A DNA stretch of 64,000 bases from Candidatus Auribacterota bacterium (GCA_026392035.1 JAPLCX010000083.1:4597-68596); one strand, 5' to 3'; positions 38,351-49,428 are shown, counted from the first letter of the stretch. Program-made: numbers and translations. The notes: a model not told the origin generated them from the letters alone.

Positions 38351-38373
38351 TTTAGAACTTCGGGTTTGACCCT

Positions 38374-39843
38374 ATGAGATTCATGAGTTATCTATCATCG
38401 GTTTATTCACATAACAAAATCATATACCTCTCTCCGGTATTCTTGATAGGCATAATTTTTGCCATACTCAATAAGCCACTTTTGCTCAAAGAGCCTCCGG
38501 TATGGCCCGACGATTCCCTCTTCGCAAGCCCTGCGTATATCCTCGCCACCCATGGGTATCTGGGATCAGAGCTCTACTATGGAATTGTGCCCGGCCTGGA
38601 GCGCTACACCTATTCCAATCCCCCCCTCTATTTCCTTTTCCTGGCCGGGATCATAAAATTATTTGGCATGAACATCCTGGTCCTGCGTTGGACCTCTGTC
38701 GCCTTGGGGATGTCGCTTTTTGTCCTGCTTTTCTTCCTTGCAAAAGCGGTGGCCCGAACCGGATGGGTCGGCATCCTCGCCTGCACCCTTCTTGCCATCG
38801 ATCCGGAGTTCCTGCGAGGATGCCGTATCGCCCGCCCCGATATCTTGTGCGTGGTGCTGATAACCGCGGCATCGTACTTCTATGCGCGATGCATAAACTG
38901 TCCGGCACATAAAGTGAACCTCACTATGACAGGCCTCTGCATGGGGCTGGCGGTGCTCACCCATCCTCTGGGACTCATTGCCGTCATATCCATTTGCATC
39001 CATTATTTCATAAACGTCGCGCGCGGCAAAGCCAGGTTAAGCGGCACTGTCTATCTGCTCATCCCTTTTCTGCTATTGATTGCCCTCTGGGGGATATATA
39101 TCGCACAGCACTATACATACTTTGAGAAGCAGATGCTTGGCCAATTCGGCCGTAAAATGGGTGTCAGATACTGGCTGTGGTCGCTTTGGGGGCAGAGCGG
39201 ACGCCGGGTCTCATTGCTAATATATATCGCGGCAACGCTTGGCATATTTACAATATCATTAAGGGGAAAAGATAACTCCCTCTTCTTTCTCTCACTATTA
39301 TGCTCCACGGCATTAATCATGGCGCTCAGCGGCAGAGAGATGTGGTACTCGATTTACTATGCGCCCTTTTGCGCATTCGCGGTGGCATTATGTGCAGGCC
39401 GGCTATGGAGAATACGCGCGCCGGTGCCATGCATCGCTCTGTTCTTTATCGGATTCCTCATATACAATAATGCGGCTGATTACCGATGGACCTATATCGC
39501 CACGATGCGCTATGACTACTCCGGCATCTGCGAGGATATAGAGAAGGAACTGCGCCCACATTCAACCATTTTCCTGCACTGTGTTCCCGACCCTTATTTC
39601 TGCCTGATAAATAGCCCTAAGAGCCTCACTATCCGGGAATTTCATCCTACCGCCCCCCTTGCTGACTTAAAGGCAGCCATCGCGCGTTCGGACTATCTGA
39701 TCATCAGTCCGGGCGATACGTACCTGGTCAAGGACATGCCGCCGTGGCGCATCAAGCGTATTGTGCGCATCGGCGCCCATCAACCGGGGCAATATCAGTT
39801 GCTCTTAGTAGAATTTAGAAATATCCGGCGGGAGGAAGAATAA
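38374..39843 (+). CDS. ArnT/PMT-like (GT-C) glycosyltransferase
   Basis: VWPDDSLFASPA, NPPLYF, RPD, THP; multiple TM helices. Confidence 0.8.
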   Translation: MRFMSYLSSVYSHNKIIYLSPVFLIGIIFAILNKPLLLKEPPVWPDDSLFASPAYILATHGYLGSELYYGIVPGLERYTYSNPPLYFLFLAGIIKLFGMNILVLRWTSVALGMSLFVLLFFLAKAVARTGWVGILACTLLAIDPEFLRGCRIARPDILCVVLITAASYFYARCINCPAHKVNLTMTGLCMGLAVLTHPLGLIAVISICIHYFINVARGKARLSGTVYLLIPFLLLIALWGIYIAQHYTYFEKQMLGQFGRKMGVRYWLWSLWGQSGRRVSLLIYIAATLGIFTISLRGKDNSLFFLSLLCSTALIMALSGREMWYSIYYAPFCAFAVALCAGRLWRIRAPVPCIALFFIGFLIYNNAADYRWTYIATMRYDYSGICEDIEKELRPHSTIFLHCVPDPYFCLINSPKSLTIREFHPTAPLADLKAAIARSDYLIISPGDTYLVKDMPPWRIKRIVRIGAHQPGQYQLLLVEFRNIRREEE

Positions 39844-39852
39844 GGGTTTCTT

Positions 39853-41553
39853 TCAATCAGGTATTGGGTTGCCCTTTCGGACAAAATCAGCTTCTTTCAA
39901 CACAAGTTGATCATTCTTGTATACCACTTTTACGCTCCGGGGATCAATCCGGATAAAGCTCTCATCTGACACATACACAAACGGAATGTGCACCGCACCT
40001 ATAAAAAGTAGCTTGTCCATCTGTCCGCTGCTGGCGAGACCCATGATTTGCTGAGGGCTTTTGAGTTGCCTCATTCGATAATTTTTAGAATATAGCCTGA
40101 AGTACTTATCAATGATATCTGGCGCCCGGGGTTGCGACAACGATAGCGGCAACACGTATGTTTTAGCATCAAAATAATGATCCAGATTCACCGCCAAATT
40201 GTAAATATCCTTATGACTGAATAGCATAAAGCAGAAAGGCGGCCATCTCCATTTCTTGGAGCTTTTTTCGGCCTGCAGGTGACCTGTCGTTACATCAATC
40301 AGAAGACGGGTATTATTAATATTGGCCCACACCAATACCGAGAAGACAGCTATTGCCCCTGCAAGATAAGCCCTCTTCAATAGCGGATAACATCTCCGAA
40401 TATGATTCAGGAGCAGTTCATCGCTGCACATACCTATAGTAAGAAACATCGGGATCAATATCGAGTCCCACCTCTCGTATACCCATGAGTCATATACCGA
40501 TGAATGCAGGAAGTGGAGAAGAAAGAAGAAGAAAAGGATTCGACTCGCCCTTTGTGTTCTTGTTTTGAATAATGCGATCAAGTATAGCAGGAAAAAGGAA
40601 CCTATCACTACGTGGCCGAGAATATCATGGTCCATAATATTCAAAAGAAACAGCTCAACTTCCGCATACAGAGACGATTTTATGCCCTGATACACAAAAT
40701 CCACCTGCACAGAGAAAGGCTGGCTCCCCTGGATGAAAAAGAAACGCCCAGGCACACGGTGAAAAACCCAGAAGTCCGTCTTTGAACCAATCGGCTCAGC
40801 GCTGCTCTGATACCAGTAAATACAATACAGACTTCCCATACACAGCACAATGCTCAGTATTATGTGAGCCATCGCCTTCAGCCTTGTTTTCCGTGAGAAG
40901 TCCTTTAGGAAAAGCGGTGTCAGAATAAGCGGCGATGTAACGATACTCTTCATGTGTATTGCCAAACCAAGCGAAACAGAGACACCGATGAGCCATGCGG
41001 CCTTATAAGTATGATGTCTGGCCCAATCGCCGCCCAGAGCGCCCGCAAAAAACAAAAGGGCCATTATAAAAAGCAGATCGCACAGTGTTGCAATAACGTT
41101 ATCGTCACAGGTGGTGATAAGCCAGCATGGCCCAAACGTCAGAAATGGAATAAGACTGATGACCAGGCCGATCCAAAAGTTATTAATCAACTTGCGACAG
41201 ATATAATAAAGCAGGCCGAATGTGCCAAGGGCGGAGAGATACGAGATAATTTTGAACCCCATCAAAAAATCCCATCCGTTCCACAGCGAATATGCGCCCG
41301 TCACCAAATACACCAAGGGGAAAAACAGCAGATGGAACTTGGAAAACCAACCCGTCACCCCAAAGGTCTTGAAAAAAGTCAGTGTATCCTTCTTCCCATC
41401 GAGATCCATGACATAATTCAACGTGTCACTGTCAATGCATAGGTTGCCAAATATCCGCGAGTAATAAAAAATCGCCAGTCCGGAAACAGCAAGTAGGAAT
41501 AGAAAAAGATGAAGATATTTACTGAAATCTTTATTCATACATGCATCCCACAT
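39853..41553 (-). CDS. Polytopic membrane protein, GT-C-like
   Basis: DSD..NY loop, HLLF, DDN, ERW; about 11 TM helices; AT-rich. Confidence 0.65.
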   Translation of the reverse strand: MWDACMNKDFSKYLHLFLFLLAVSGLAIFYYSRIFGNLCIDSDTLNYVMDLDGKKDTLTFFKTFGVTGWFSKFHLLFFPLVYLVTGAYSLWNGWDFLMGFKIISYLSALGTFGLLYYICRKLINNFWIGLVISLIPFLTFGPCWLITTCDDNVIATLCDLLFIMALLFFAGALGGDWARHHTYKAAWLIGVSVSLGLAIHMKSIVTSPLILTPLFLKDFSRKTRLKAMAHIILSIVLCMGSLYCIYWYQSSAEPIGSKTDFWVFHRVPGRFFFIQGSQPFSVQVDFVYQGIKSSLYAEVELFLLNIMDHDILGHVVIGSFFLLYLIALFKTRTQRASRILFFFFLLHFLHSSVYDSWVYERWDSILIPMFLTIGMCSDELLLNHIRRCYPLLKRAYLAGAIAVFSVLVWANINNTRLLIDVTTGHLQAEKSSKKWRWPPFCFMLFSHKDIYNLAVNLDHYFDAKTYVLPLSLSQPRAPDIIDKYFRLYSKNYRMRQLKSPQQIMGLASSGQMDKLLFIGAVHIPFVYVSDESFIRIDPRSVKVVYKNDQLVLKEADFVRKGNPIPD

Positions 41554-43260
41554 TTAATGTCTTGCCTTGCACCATAGGATAAGAATAGCAAATCCTCCCA
41601 ACATTGACACTACCACCCCCGTATAATAAAGTGGTGGTCTATAATACAAGGATACTTCCGCGTCAGAAGGGGCGATAGGCACCGAAAGGAGCCCATTCTT
41701 TGAAATTGCCTGCTTCCCTCCTTCCGTGCGCCAGCCTGGATCGTAACGCTGATTTATCATAAGCAAATCCCGCGCGGTACATCGAACTCTGTAGCACAGC
41801 CTGTTCGGGCTCCACATAACAGTTTCTACAGAACCGCTCCCATGAGCAAGCCAGACCTCGCCCCGGTAGCCTGGTTCATCGAAGGCATTCACGCCCACCA
41901 GCGGCAGATCGAATCCGTCGTAATTATTAATCAAGCCTTCGTTCTGAAGAAAACAGAGGAACGAGCGAGGTCCCTGCTGCTCTTCTTTAGGAAGTCGCAC
42001 CTGGTGGAAGGGACCTGACCTTTTTGGCTCAAGCGGAGCACTGGTGGAGACGCTGGTGTAGATTGGGGCTGACACCACCATGAGGTCCGTCACCACAGCC
42101 ACAGTAGCTATCCCTAATGCCATGGTGAGCGCCCATGGCCATTCTCCGTGAAGCACGCGCACCAATTCCTCCAATCGCGAAACGGTCATCGCGCTCATCA
42201 GCGCGAGACAGAATATCAATATCACCCGGAACCTAACCGGATCATGAAGGGATGTGAACATGGGGAGCAGATGTATCCAGTGCCATGGTGACATCATTCC
42301 GTAATCACCAAACATGAGGCAGAAGAATAGCAGTGCCATAATCCCCATGGGGAGCGCTCTTTTACGCGCAAGAAAAGGCGCGCTCACGGCGAGGAGCATC
42401 GGGAGCACCCCGACGTAGGCTCCATATTCCCACCATCCGAGCCAGGCACCCGTAAAGTTGGTCTCACTTATCTGGTCGCGCCCGAGAAACATGCGTGGTA
42501 GCGCCAACCAAGAAAGCACCGGCTCTCTCCAAAACGTCGGCCGAGGATTCCTTGAGAGAAATTCCGTCATCGGGACTAGCTTCACTCCGCTCAGTGCCAG
42601 GCCGAGTATCACCGTGATGAGAAAGACTCCAATCGGTAAAAGACGCTTTCTCATAACAGCCTCGATCAGCGCGTATAGCGAAAGGAAGAGAAGCGCGTAC
42701 GGCACCGGATATATCCCGCCTTCGAAAATCATGAGCGCAAGCACCAGACCTCCTCCCGCGCACCAGCGCATATTCTCCAGCGCCTTTTCATAAAAAAGGA
42801 TCAGCCATGGAAGATATGCAAAGGGAATAAATTCGTCATGCCAGTGCGACATATAGAGCGGGTACCAGCTGCTGAACATGTACACGAAGGCACATAGAAA
42901 AGGTGCGAATCGCCCTGGCGTAAAACGCCTTCCGAGCAGATATCCCCCGCAGAGCCCTACCCAGAGAACCAAGAGAATGCGCAGCTTCGACCCTACCACC
43001 GGTCCAAAGGCCACGGTGAGTATAAAGGCGGGAGAAAAAAATGAGGAAATGGGATACGCGAAAAATGGCACTCCTCCCGATGCCCATGGATTCCAGAAGG
43101 GGAACTGGTGATACCTCAAGAGAGTGAGCCGCGGCACGCCGGCAAGGAGAAAGGCCCGGTGCCACACGTCTATACCCCACCCCCCCAGCTGGAAGGCGAC
43201 GGGAAGCCACATCACAACTGAGAGTGCCAGAAGCAGCTTTACCGCTGCCGACGTTTTCAT
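41554..43260 (-). CDS. YfhO-like membrane glycosyltransferase
   Basis: QFPFWNPWASGGVPF, EYGAYVG, HDPVRF, NQRYDPGW, terminal TM. Confidence 0.78.
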   Translation of the reverse strand: MKTSAAVKLLLALSVVMWLPVAFQLGGWGIDVWHRAFLLAGVPRLTLLRYHQFPFWNPWASGGVPFFAYPISSFFSPAFILTVAFGPVVGSKLRILLVLWVGLCGGYLLGRRFTPGRFAPFLCAFVYMFSSWYPLYMSHWHDEFIPFAYLPWLILFYEKALENMRWCAGGGLVLALMIFEGGIYPVPYALLFLSLYALIEAVMRKRLLPIGVFLITVILGLALSGVKLVPMTEFLSRNPRPTFWREPVLSWLALPRMFLGRDQISETNFTGAWLGWWEYGAYVGVLPMLLAVSAPFLARKRALPMGIMALLFFCLMFGDYGMMSPWHWIHLLPMFTSLHDPVRFRVILIFCLALMSAMTVSRLEELVRVLHGEWPWALTMALGIATVAVVTDLMVVSAPIYTSVSTSAPLEPKRSGPFHQVRLPKEEQQGPRSFLCFLQNEGLINNYDGFDLPLVGVNAFDEPGYRGEVWLAHGSGSVETVMWSPNRLCYRVRCTARDLLMINQRYDPGWRTEGGKQAISKNGLLSVPIAPSDAEVSLYYRPPLYYTGVVVSMLGGFAILILWCKARH

Positions 43261-43301
43261 AACTGGTTCACCACTACCGTTATCCCCTCCAGTCCCTCGT
43301 A

Positions 43302-45278
43302 TCAGGGAGTCAGCCCTGGACTCACGTGCGACGCCGCCTCCCTGTCTCTTTGCGCAGCGGCGGAGCACCCCATCCTATCGAGGAGGGCGGCGCGTCCGAG
43401 CAGGAGTTCTCTCTGTTGAGGAGAAGAATCGATCACGTTTGAAACATCCACAATGCGCGCGAGCAGCGCTGCTCGTGCCTTTATTTCCTGCTCCTCTGGC
43501 CTCACCGCGAGCGCGCGGAGATGAATCTCGAGCGATTTCCGATACTCACCTCTCTCAATGAGAATCGCCGTGAGGTCGTTGAGCACGAGCGGATTCAAGG
43601 GATCCATTTGAAGGGACTTCTCAAAATAGGGGATCGCCGCCTCCCTGTCACCCGAATAGTCATAGCTGTGCCCGATCACCGCGTACCTGTAGGCGCTCTC
43701 CGGTGTCTCATAGAATATGAAGAGAAGAATCATTGCACATGTGATCAGAATACAGAGCCACAGAAAACACATGTCCAGCGATGTCAAAGGAGATCGTGCT
43801 CCCACTGTTCCCATTCTTTTCCCCGTGGCTAGGAACAAGGCGATACCTCCGCCAATGAGTGTGACCAACACCACGAGGCTCGCCCCGCGAGGACATCCCA
43901 GGAGTGTGAGCCAGTTCGGCCGCACATTACCCCTCAGGAAGGATGGCAATAAAAATTCCCTCACTGGATTATGCAGGTGCTCATGGGCAGATGCCCCCGC
44001 CGCGGTGCCAATAAAATTAAAGATTACCGAATAAATAACGAGAACGCTGAGCATCCAGCCGTACCCCTTGGGCTGCCGCGCCATGAGGGACGCGATCGGT
44101 ACTATAAAAAACGGAATCACAGGGACTAAAAACCTCGGACCGTAACCCGCGCCGCCCGCCCACGCAGTGTACGAAGAGTTGAAGATGGCATAGCCGAGAA
44201 CAGTGATAAGGCATAGCCAAAAAAGTCTCCCCCTGCCCAGGCCGACGACACTCTCCACCGCATCGTTATCTGTACTCCTTTTTGCGAGCGAATACAGCCC
44301 TGGCACTATCAGCAGCAAAAACGGCGAGACAAAAAATATGCCGCGAAAAGGGCTCACCATCAACATCAGGAACGGGATGAGTTCCGGCATTCTCACGCCG
44401 AAAAGACCCTGTGACTGAACCTCCCTCGCGATCGGCATCGCCTCGTGGGCATAGGGGAAACTGAGCATGTCACCAAAGCAGGCGTAGTTATACAAGAGGA
44501 TTAAAAAAACACCGGGGATGCACCCGAGGGCAAAAATGATGGTATCTCCGATCCGCCGGAAAGAGAATGCAGTGAAGATGAATATCACGCACAGAATGAG
44601 CATCACCTGGTAGTCAGCCGCGACCGCGAGCCCGCCGAGCACTCCCGCCACCAGAAGCGACGAGCGGGCGAAACGGCCCCTCGACTCCGCTCGGGACAAG
44701 CTCGTCGGCGAAATGGCGGAAGCCAAGACTCTTCTCCATTTTAGCAATACTATAAAACAGCCGAATAACAGTACGGCAGCGAGCTGGTGTCCCACAAACT
44801 GAGTGCTGTATGGGAAGGCCATGGTCCCCAGGCTGTAGGCGACGACGAGCAGATCGGCATAATATTCAGATCGCACGAAACGGTTGAGAACATCGTGCAG
44901 GAGAAGGGCCAGGAGCACGCTCGGCAGGGCGATCACGCACACCTGAACCAGGTAGAGATAAACCCAGTCGGGAATGGCGAAATACCTTCCGACTGTTTCC
45001 CATGCCAACCAGTACACAGGAACGGCGAGGAACGATGTCGCGGGAGCCTTCCCGCTGTAGTAATGGCCCTGATAAAACGCGGCGTCTATTCCGCCGAGGT
45101 AATATTTCTCTATGGAAAAGCTCCGATCGAGCGCGAGGCTTTTGGCGAGATAGAACCTGACGCTGGTGTTCGTACCGAAATTTTCCGGGGACGGCGGCGG
45201 CACGAAAAAGGTGTAGGCAATCAGAATGGTGCACGTCAGCGCCGCGCAGTGCAGCATGCGATTGGACCGCTTGGCCAT
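43302..45278 (-). CDS. GT-C-like membrane protein with C-terminal TPR
   Basis: YYSGKAP, FPYST..GHQ, RGIFFVSPFL, GG.GYGPRFLVP; TPR AIPYFEKSLQMDP. Confidence 0.75.
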   Translation of the reverse strand: MAKRSNRMLHCAALTCTILIAYTFFVPPPSPENFGTNTSVRFYLAKSLALDRSFSIEKYYLGGIDAAFYQGHYYSGKAPATSFLAVPVYWLAWETVGRYFAIPDWVYLYLVQVCVIALPSVLLALLLHDVLNRFVRSEYYADLLVVAYSLGTMAFPYSTQFVGHQLAAVLLFGCFIVLLKWRRVLASAISPTSLSRAESRGRFARSSLLVAGVLGGLAVAADYQVMLILCVIFIFTAFSFRRIGDTIIFALGCIPGVFLILLYNYACFGDMLSFPYAHEAMPIAREVQSQGLFGVRMPELIPFLMLMVSPFRGIFFVSPFLLLIVPGLYSLAKRSTDNDAVESVVGLGRGRLFWLCLITVLGYAIFNSSYTAWAGGAGYGPRFLVPVIPFFIVPIASLMARQPKGYGWMLSVLVIYSVIFNFIGTAAGASAHEHLHNPVREFLLPSFLRGNVRPNWLTLLGCPRGASLVVLVTLIGGGIALFLATGKRMGTVGARSPLTSLDMCFLWLCILITCAMILLFIFYETPESAYRYAVIGHSYDYSGDREAAIPYFEKSLQMDPLNPLVLNDLTAILIERGEYRKSLEIHLRALAVRPEEQEIKARAALLARIVDVSNVIDSSPQQRELLLGRAALLDRMGCSAAAQRDREAASHVSPGLTP

Positions 45279-45316
45279 AATTCCCCTTATCCTCTCGGGA
45301 GAAAGAATGACACCCG

Positions 45317-47268
45317 CTAGCGTTCTCCTTTTCCCATCTTCAGTCGCCCGCCTACTACCGCGAAAAAGACTATTATATATAACAAGATTATGGTGAAGAT
45401 ATTGATGTATGAGGCACCCTTAAACTGGAAGTTCTTCGGCCTTATGGAAAGCCATACGCTGTCGAGCCATCCTGTGCGCTGGCCAAGCTCGACGCCATAA
45501 TCGACCCCGTCAATGCGGCATCTGGTCACTTTGACCTTCCCGTCAAGCATGTGGCCGTACGGGTCCCAATCCCTCCCCTGTCCGATCAGGCGCGCCGTGA
45601 TGGTATTGATCCCCCGTATCGAACAGAGATAATTTATGATGGTCACCTTGAATCCACTCTCCCGTAATGCCTCATAGGTGAGGGGGTATGAGATCCCCCA
45701 CCAGAAGCTGTAGAGTTTATTCCCGTCACCCCGATAGGGGCCCAGGGTGTGATTCGCGAGTCGGATCAAAAAGTAGGAATCCCCTGACACACGAACTGCG
45801 TCACCCGGCCTCATGCCGGTGAATTGCAACTCATATTCCCCTCTGCCTCCATACCAATTCAGGGTAGATGGAGGTTCAAGCATGGTGTTGCAATTTACCG
45901 CCTCCGGGAATCCATTGTCAGGATAGGAGAAGGGATTCCCTGCGAAACGCATGCTGAAGAACGACAGCCCCCAGAGTAAAAGGAGCGCTCCGCAGAAAAG
46001 GCGTCTGAATGTCAGGCTGATTTCCCTTGAAAGGGCTCCGGCATTCTGCCTCCCACCTTGTGCTGGCAGATATATCCACACGAAGAGGAAGGACGCAATG
46101 AGATAGAGATATCCCCAGACGTACAGGGAGATAGGTTCCTTGAGCCTATCCCAGAATACCAAGGCTCCGGGACTGATCGACATGAAATTCAACACCCTGA
46201 GGAGACAGTAGCTACCGTTCATTTCCTCGTCAAGAAGATAAAAGAAGACCAAAATAATCGCATAGGCAGCATTGGCGAAGATGAGCGCCCCTTTTCTTTT
46301 GGCCAGCACTGCAAATGGGATTACGAAAATGAAATATTGCGGGGCATTCTTCACAGAGAAAAGCAGGAGAAGAGCGAAGTAGAGCCCCATCGAACGAAAT
46401 AGTGTGATCTTGCGGAACAAAACGAGGAACCCTGCCACCAGAACAAGAACGATGGCAATCCATTGAAACGAAAAGTCCGCGCTCGTAAACAGCCGCCTGA
46501 CGAACCAGGCATATAGCCCCTCTCCCTGTGCCGCCATCGCGATACGGTTCAAACCGAAACGGCAGACGTAGCTATGACCGATGGCATCGGCGTACGTCTT
46601 CGCCCACCCTATTGTGCACAGCCAGGGAATTTCCGGGATTATAAAGAAAAGGGCGACGCTCATATAAAAAATGGCCTTATCCCTCGTACGACTGCTCCTG
46701 TCGAAGATAAACAGGGGGAGCAGGAGGAGCGGGAAGGCCTTGATGCTCACCGCGACAGCCCAGCTCATACCCGCCAGGATTTTCGAGGGTGCCCCTTTTG
46801 CATTATAGAGGGCCAGCCCGGTGATCATCAGGAATAGAACCGTCGCGTCTGATTGCACGTGGTAATGGATGGCGAACATGGCAACCGGATTAAAGGCAAG
46901 CATGATAAACCACCATGGGGAGGACCCGGTTCTGCGGTTGTGAAAAATTGTCACCACAATATACGAACAGGCAATCCAGCTGAGTGCGTGAATACACTTC
47001 GCACACGTCGTGAGAGGGATATCACATAGACATGACAGCAGATGGGGGATGGCGAGGACACTGAACGACGCGCTGAAATAGTGGCAGCGCCCGCTCGGCA
47101 TACCAAATGCATACTGGCTGTAATAGCTAAAAAAGTTGGCCCCATCGACACCGGTATAGTTATGGAATGCCATAACCGCGTGAACTACTATCGCACTCCA
47201 AACATACGGCGTCAAGGAAGCGCGCGCGTGTGCTACAGCCCGATTAGGATTCTCCGATAGCCCTTTCA
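45317..47268 (-). CDS. GT87-like (GT-C) membrane glycosyltransferase
   Basis: AFNP, HVQSD, IKAFPLLLLP, PQYF; multiple TM helices; start uncertain. Confidence 0.7.
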
Positions 47269-47568
47269 TAACACAGGGGATAAACGCACGACGCACCTAT
47301 GAGTACCTATCCCTCCGACGGCACCTGAACAAGTATTTGCTCCCCCTCCTTCGAACATTCGCGCGGATTCCCCAGCGGATGAACTTTCGTCTTCCGCCCC
47401 ACATCCTTTCCGTTATCCACCACTATGACGTGGAATGATACTATAGTGCGCCTCTTCCTTCCATAATATACGCGGTTGCCATAAGTCCTGATAAATAAGA
47501 AGTGCCTACGCCATCTCGCGGCGCACCATGAGGCACTCGAGATTAAGACCATACCGCAACCACCATTA

Positions 47569-48339
47569 TCATTCTTCTGGCATGCCTTTCTTTTCGGCAA
47601 GCGCAATGAGACTGAGCCCGAATGGGAGTGTGCATCTCCGCAACAGAAACCGTTCTGCACCCATAATCCCCTCAAACATGCGATTAAAAGGTGGAGGGGG
47701 AAACCAGAAATCAGTTCTATAGCGCGCACCCTTCCGCAAGGGGAGGATGAGCTTTCTGAGCAGCCGAATAATAATCGCGGGGAGGCAGAGCAGTGAATTA
47801 TAATACGAGATGTAACTGATTTCGAATCCAGATTGTGCCAGTTCCTTTTGAAGGCGGGAGCGATTATAACGCCTCAGATGCCCGAAGGCGAGGTCATGCT
47901 CGCTGAAGATGCATTGACCTGCGGGCACGGTGACGAGCAGGAGAGTGCCTGCGGCCACAGATGAAGAGAGCGTGGCAAGAAAGCCCACAGTATCTTTCAG
48001 GTGCTCCAATAGGTCGAGGAGGAGCACCCCCTTGATATCACCCTCCATCCCGATGAGGCCATCAAGACCATCTCCAAGAAATACAGGACACCCTGTGCGC
48101 TTTCGTGCCACGTCGGCAGCGAATTCGGATATCTCTGTGCCGACCGCCCGGTAATACTTATTGAGCTGTACAAGGTTGCCGCCCGTGCCACACCCAACTT
48201 CCACAACGGTGAAGCCCTTCTGCGGGGGGATGTATCTCGTGAGGAGGTCAATGATAATCCTTCTCCTGGCCAGGAACCACCAGTGTGTATCCTCTATCTC
48301 ACGATGAAGTTCATATCGTGGCAGCGGCATCTCCCTCAT
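47569..48339 (-). CDS. Class I SAM-dependent methyltransferase
   Basis: EDTHWWF.ARR, VEVGCGTGGN, DLLEH, VTVPA, HD..FGHLRRY. Confidence 0.9.
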   Translation of the reverse strand: MREMPLPRYELHREIEDTHWWFLARRRIIIDLLTRYIPPQKGFTVVEVGCGTGGNLVQLNKYYRAVGTEISEFAADVARKRTGCPVFLGDGLDGLIGMEGDIKGVLLLDLLEHLKDTVGFLATLSSSVAAGTLLLVTVPAGQCIFSEHDLAFGHLRRYNRSRLQKELAQSGFEISYISYYNSLLCLPAIIIRLLRKLILPLRKGARYRTDFWFPPPPFNRMFEGIMGAERFLLRRCTLPFGLSLIALAEKKGMPEE

Positions 48340-49378
48340 GGAATGGTCCCCCGATCTCCTCGGCGATGAGGCTATGGGGCCGACGTTTGACCTCGATGTA
48401 CACATGCCCCAGATAGCACCCGATGATGCTGATGTAAAGGGAGAGAAAGCCGCCAAGCCCGATGAGAAGGGTGGTATAGGTCGCCCACCCCGGTATAGCC
48501 CGACTGGTAAATGCACGGATGCACACGATCACCAGGATCGCGATCAGACTGAGCGCACAGCTTAAAACGCCTATACCGAGGCCAAATTGGAGTGGCGCGC
48601 TCGAAAAAGACGTGAGTGCCTCGATGGCCATCTGGACCAGAGTGAATAATGATTGCCTGGGAGTCGCATCGTAGCGCCTGTCTCGGGAATAATGTACCTC
48701 TGCCTGGGAAAATCCGACCCACGTCCGCAATCCGGGAATATAACGCACACGCTCCGGGAACTGTGCGATCACGTCGACGGCCCGTCGGTCGAGCAAGCAG
48801 AAAAGCCCTGACTGTGGAATCATCGGGGGAGACGCGAGTCGTGTGAAGAGCGAATAAAATGCTTTGAAAAGAAGGCCCTTGAGCACGCCCGCCCTTCGAT
48901 CTTCTTTGACAGTGTAAACGATCTTTGCTCCATCCCGCCATTTCTGATAGAGCGTTGGAATGAGCTCGGGGGGATCCTCGAGATCGCCGTCAATGATGAC
49001 CACCGCCCGTCCGCGCGCCTTTTGGAGAGCGGTGGTAACCGCCGCTTGGAGCCCGAAGTTTCGAGAGTGCCGGATGCCGCGGAGGTATGGCTTTTGTCGC
49101 GAAAGCCGCGTGATTTTCTCCCACGTCGCATCGCGGCTCCCGTCATCAACGATAATAATTTCAAATTCGCGGCTACAGCTTAAGGCAGCACGGGCGGCAC
49201 GCTCAACAAATGCCTCGACAACACATTCCTCACACCACATCGGCGCACAGATTGAGAGATCAATCGGAATGCGTTGAGCGTTGAGCGGCGTTTGGCAGAA
49301 CGGGCACACGCGAGCCACCGTGACACCCGCAGAGGCAAATACCTCCCTGCATTTATTGCACGTATACATTTTCATCAT
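48311..49378 (-). CDS. GtrB/ArnC-like GT2 polyprenyl-phosphate glycosyltransferase with N-terminal CxxC-CxxC extension
   Basis: VDDGSRD, SRNFG, DGDLEDPPE, GLRTWVGF, two C-terminal TM helices. Confidence 0.9.
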   Translation of the reverse strand: MMKMYTCNKCREVFASAGVTVARVCPFCQTPLNAQRIPIDLSICAPMWCEECVVEAFVERAARAALSCSREFEIIIVDDGSRDATWEKITRLSRQKPYLRGIRHSRNFGLQAAVTTALQKARGRAVVIIDGDLEDPPELIPTLYQKWRDGAKIVYTVKEDRRAGVLKGLLFKAFYSLFTRLASPPMIPQSGLFCLLDRRAVDVIAQFPERVRYIPGLRTWVGFSQAEVHYSRDRRYDATPRQSLFTLVQMAIEALTSFSSAPLQFGLGIGVLSCALSLIAILVIVCIRAFTSRAIPGWATYTTLLIGLGGFLSLYISIIGCYLGHVYIEVKRRPHSLIAEEIGGPFHEGDAAATI

Positions 49379-49428
49379 GCACCACACACCAATGCTAGCA
49401 CGGAGCGATCGTAACGGCAAGTACCTCT

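Larger units (their letters stand above)
37294..38372. mobile_element. RAYT-type transposase element bounded by perfect 21-bp inverted repeats
   Basis: gggtcaaacccgaagttctaa (37294-37314) / ttagaacttcgggtttgaccc (38352-38372); AT-rich interior. Confidence 0.85.
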
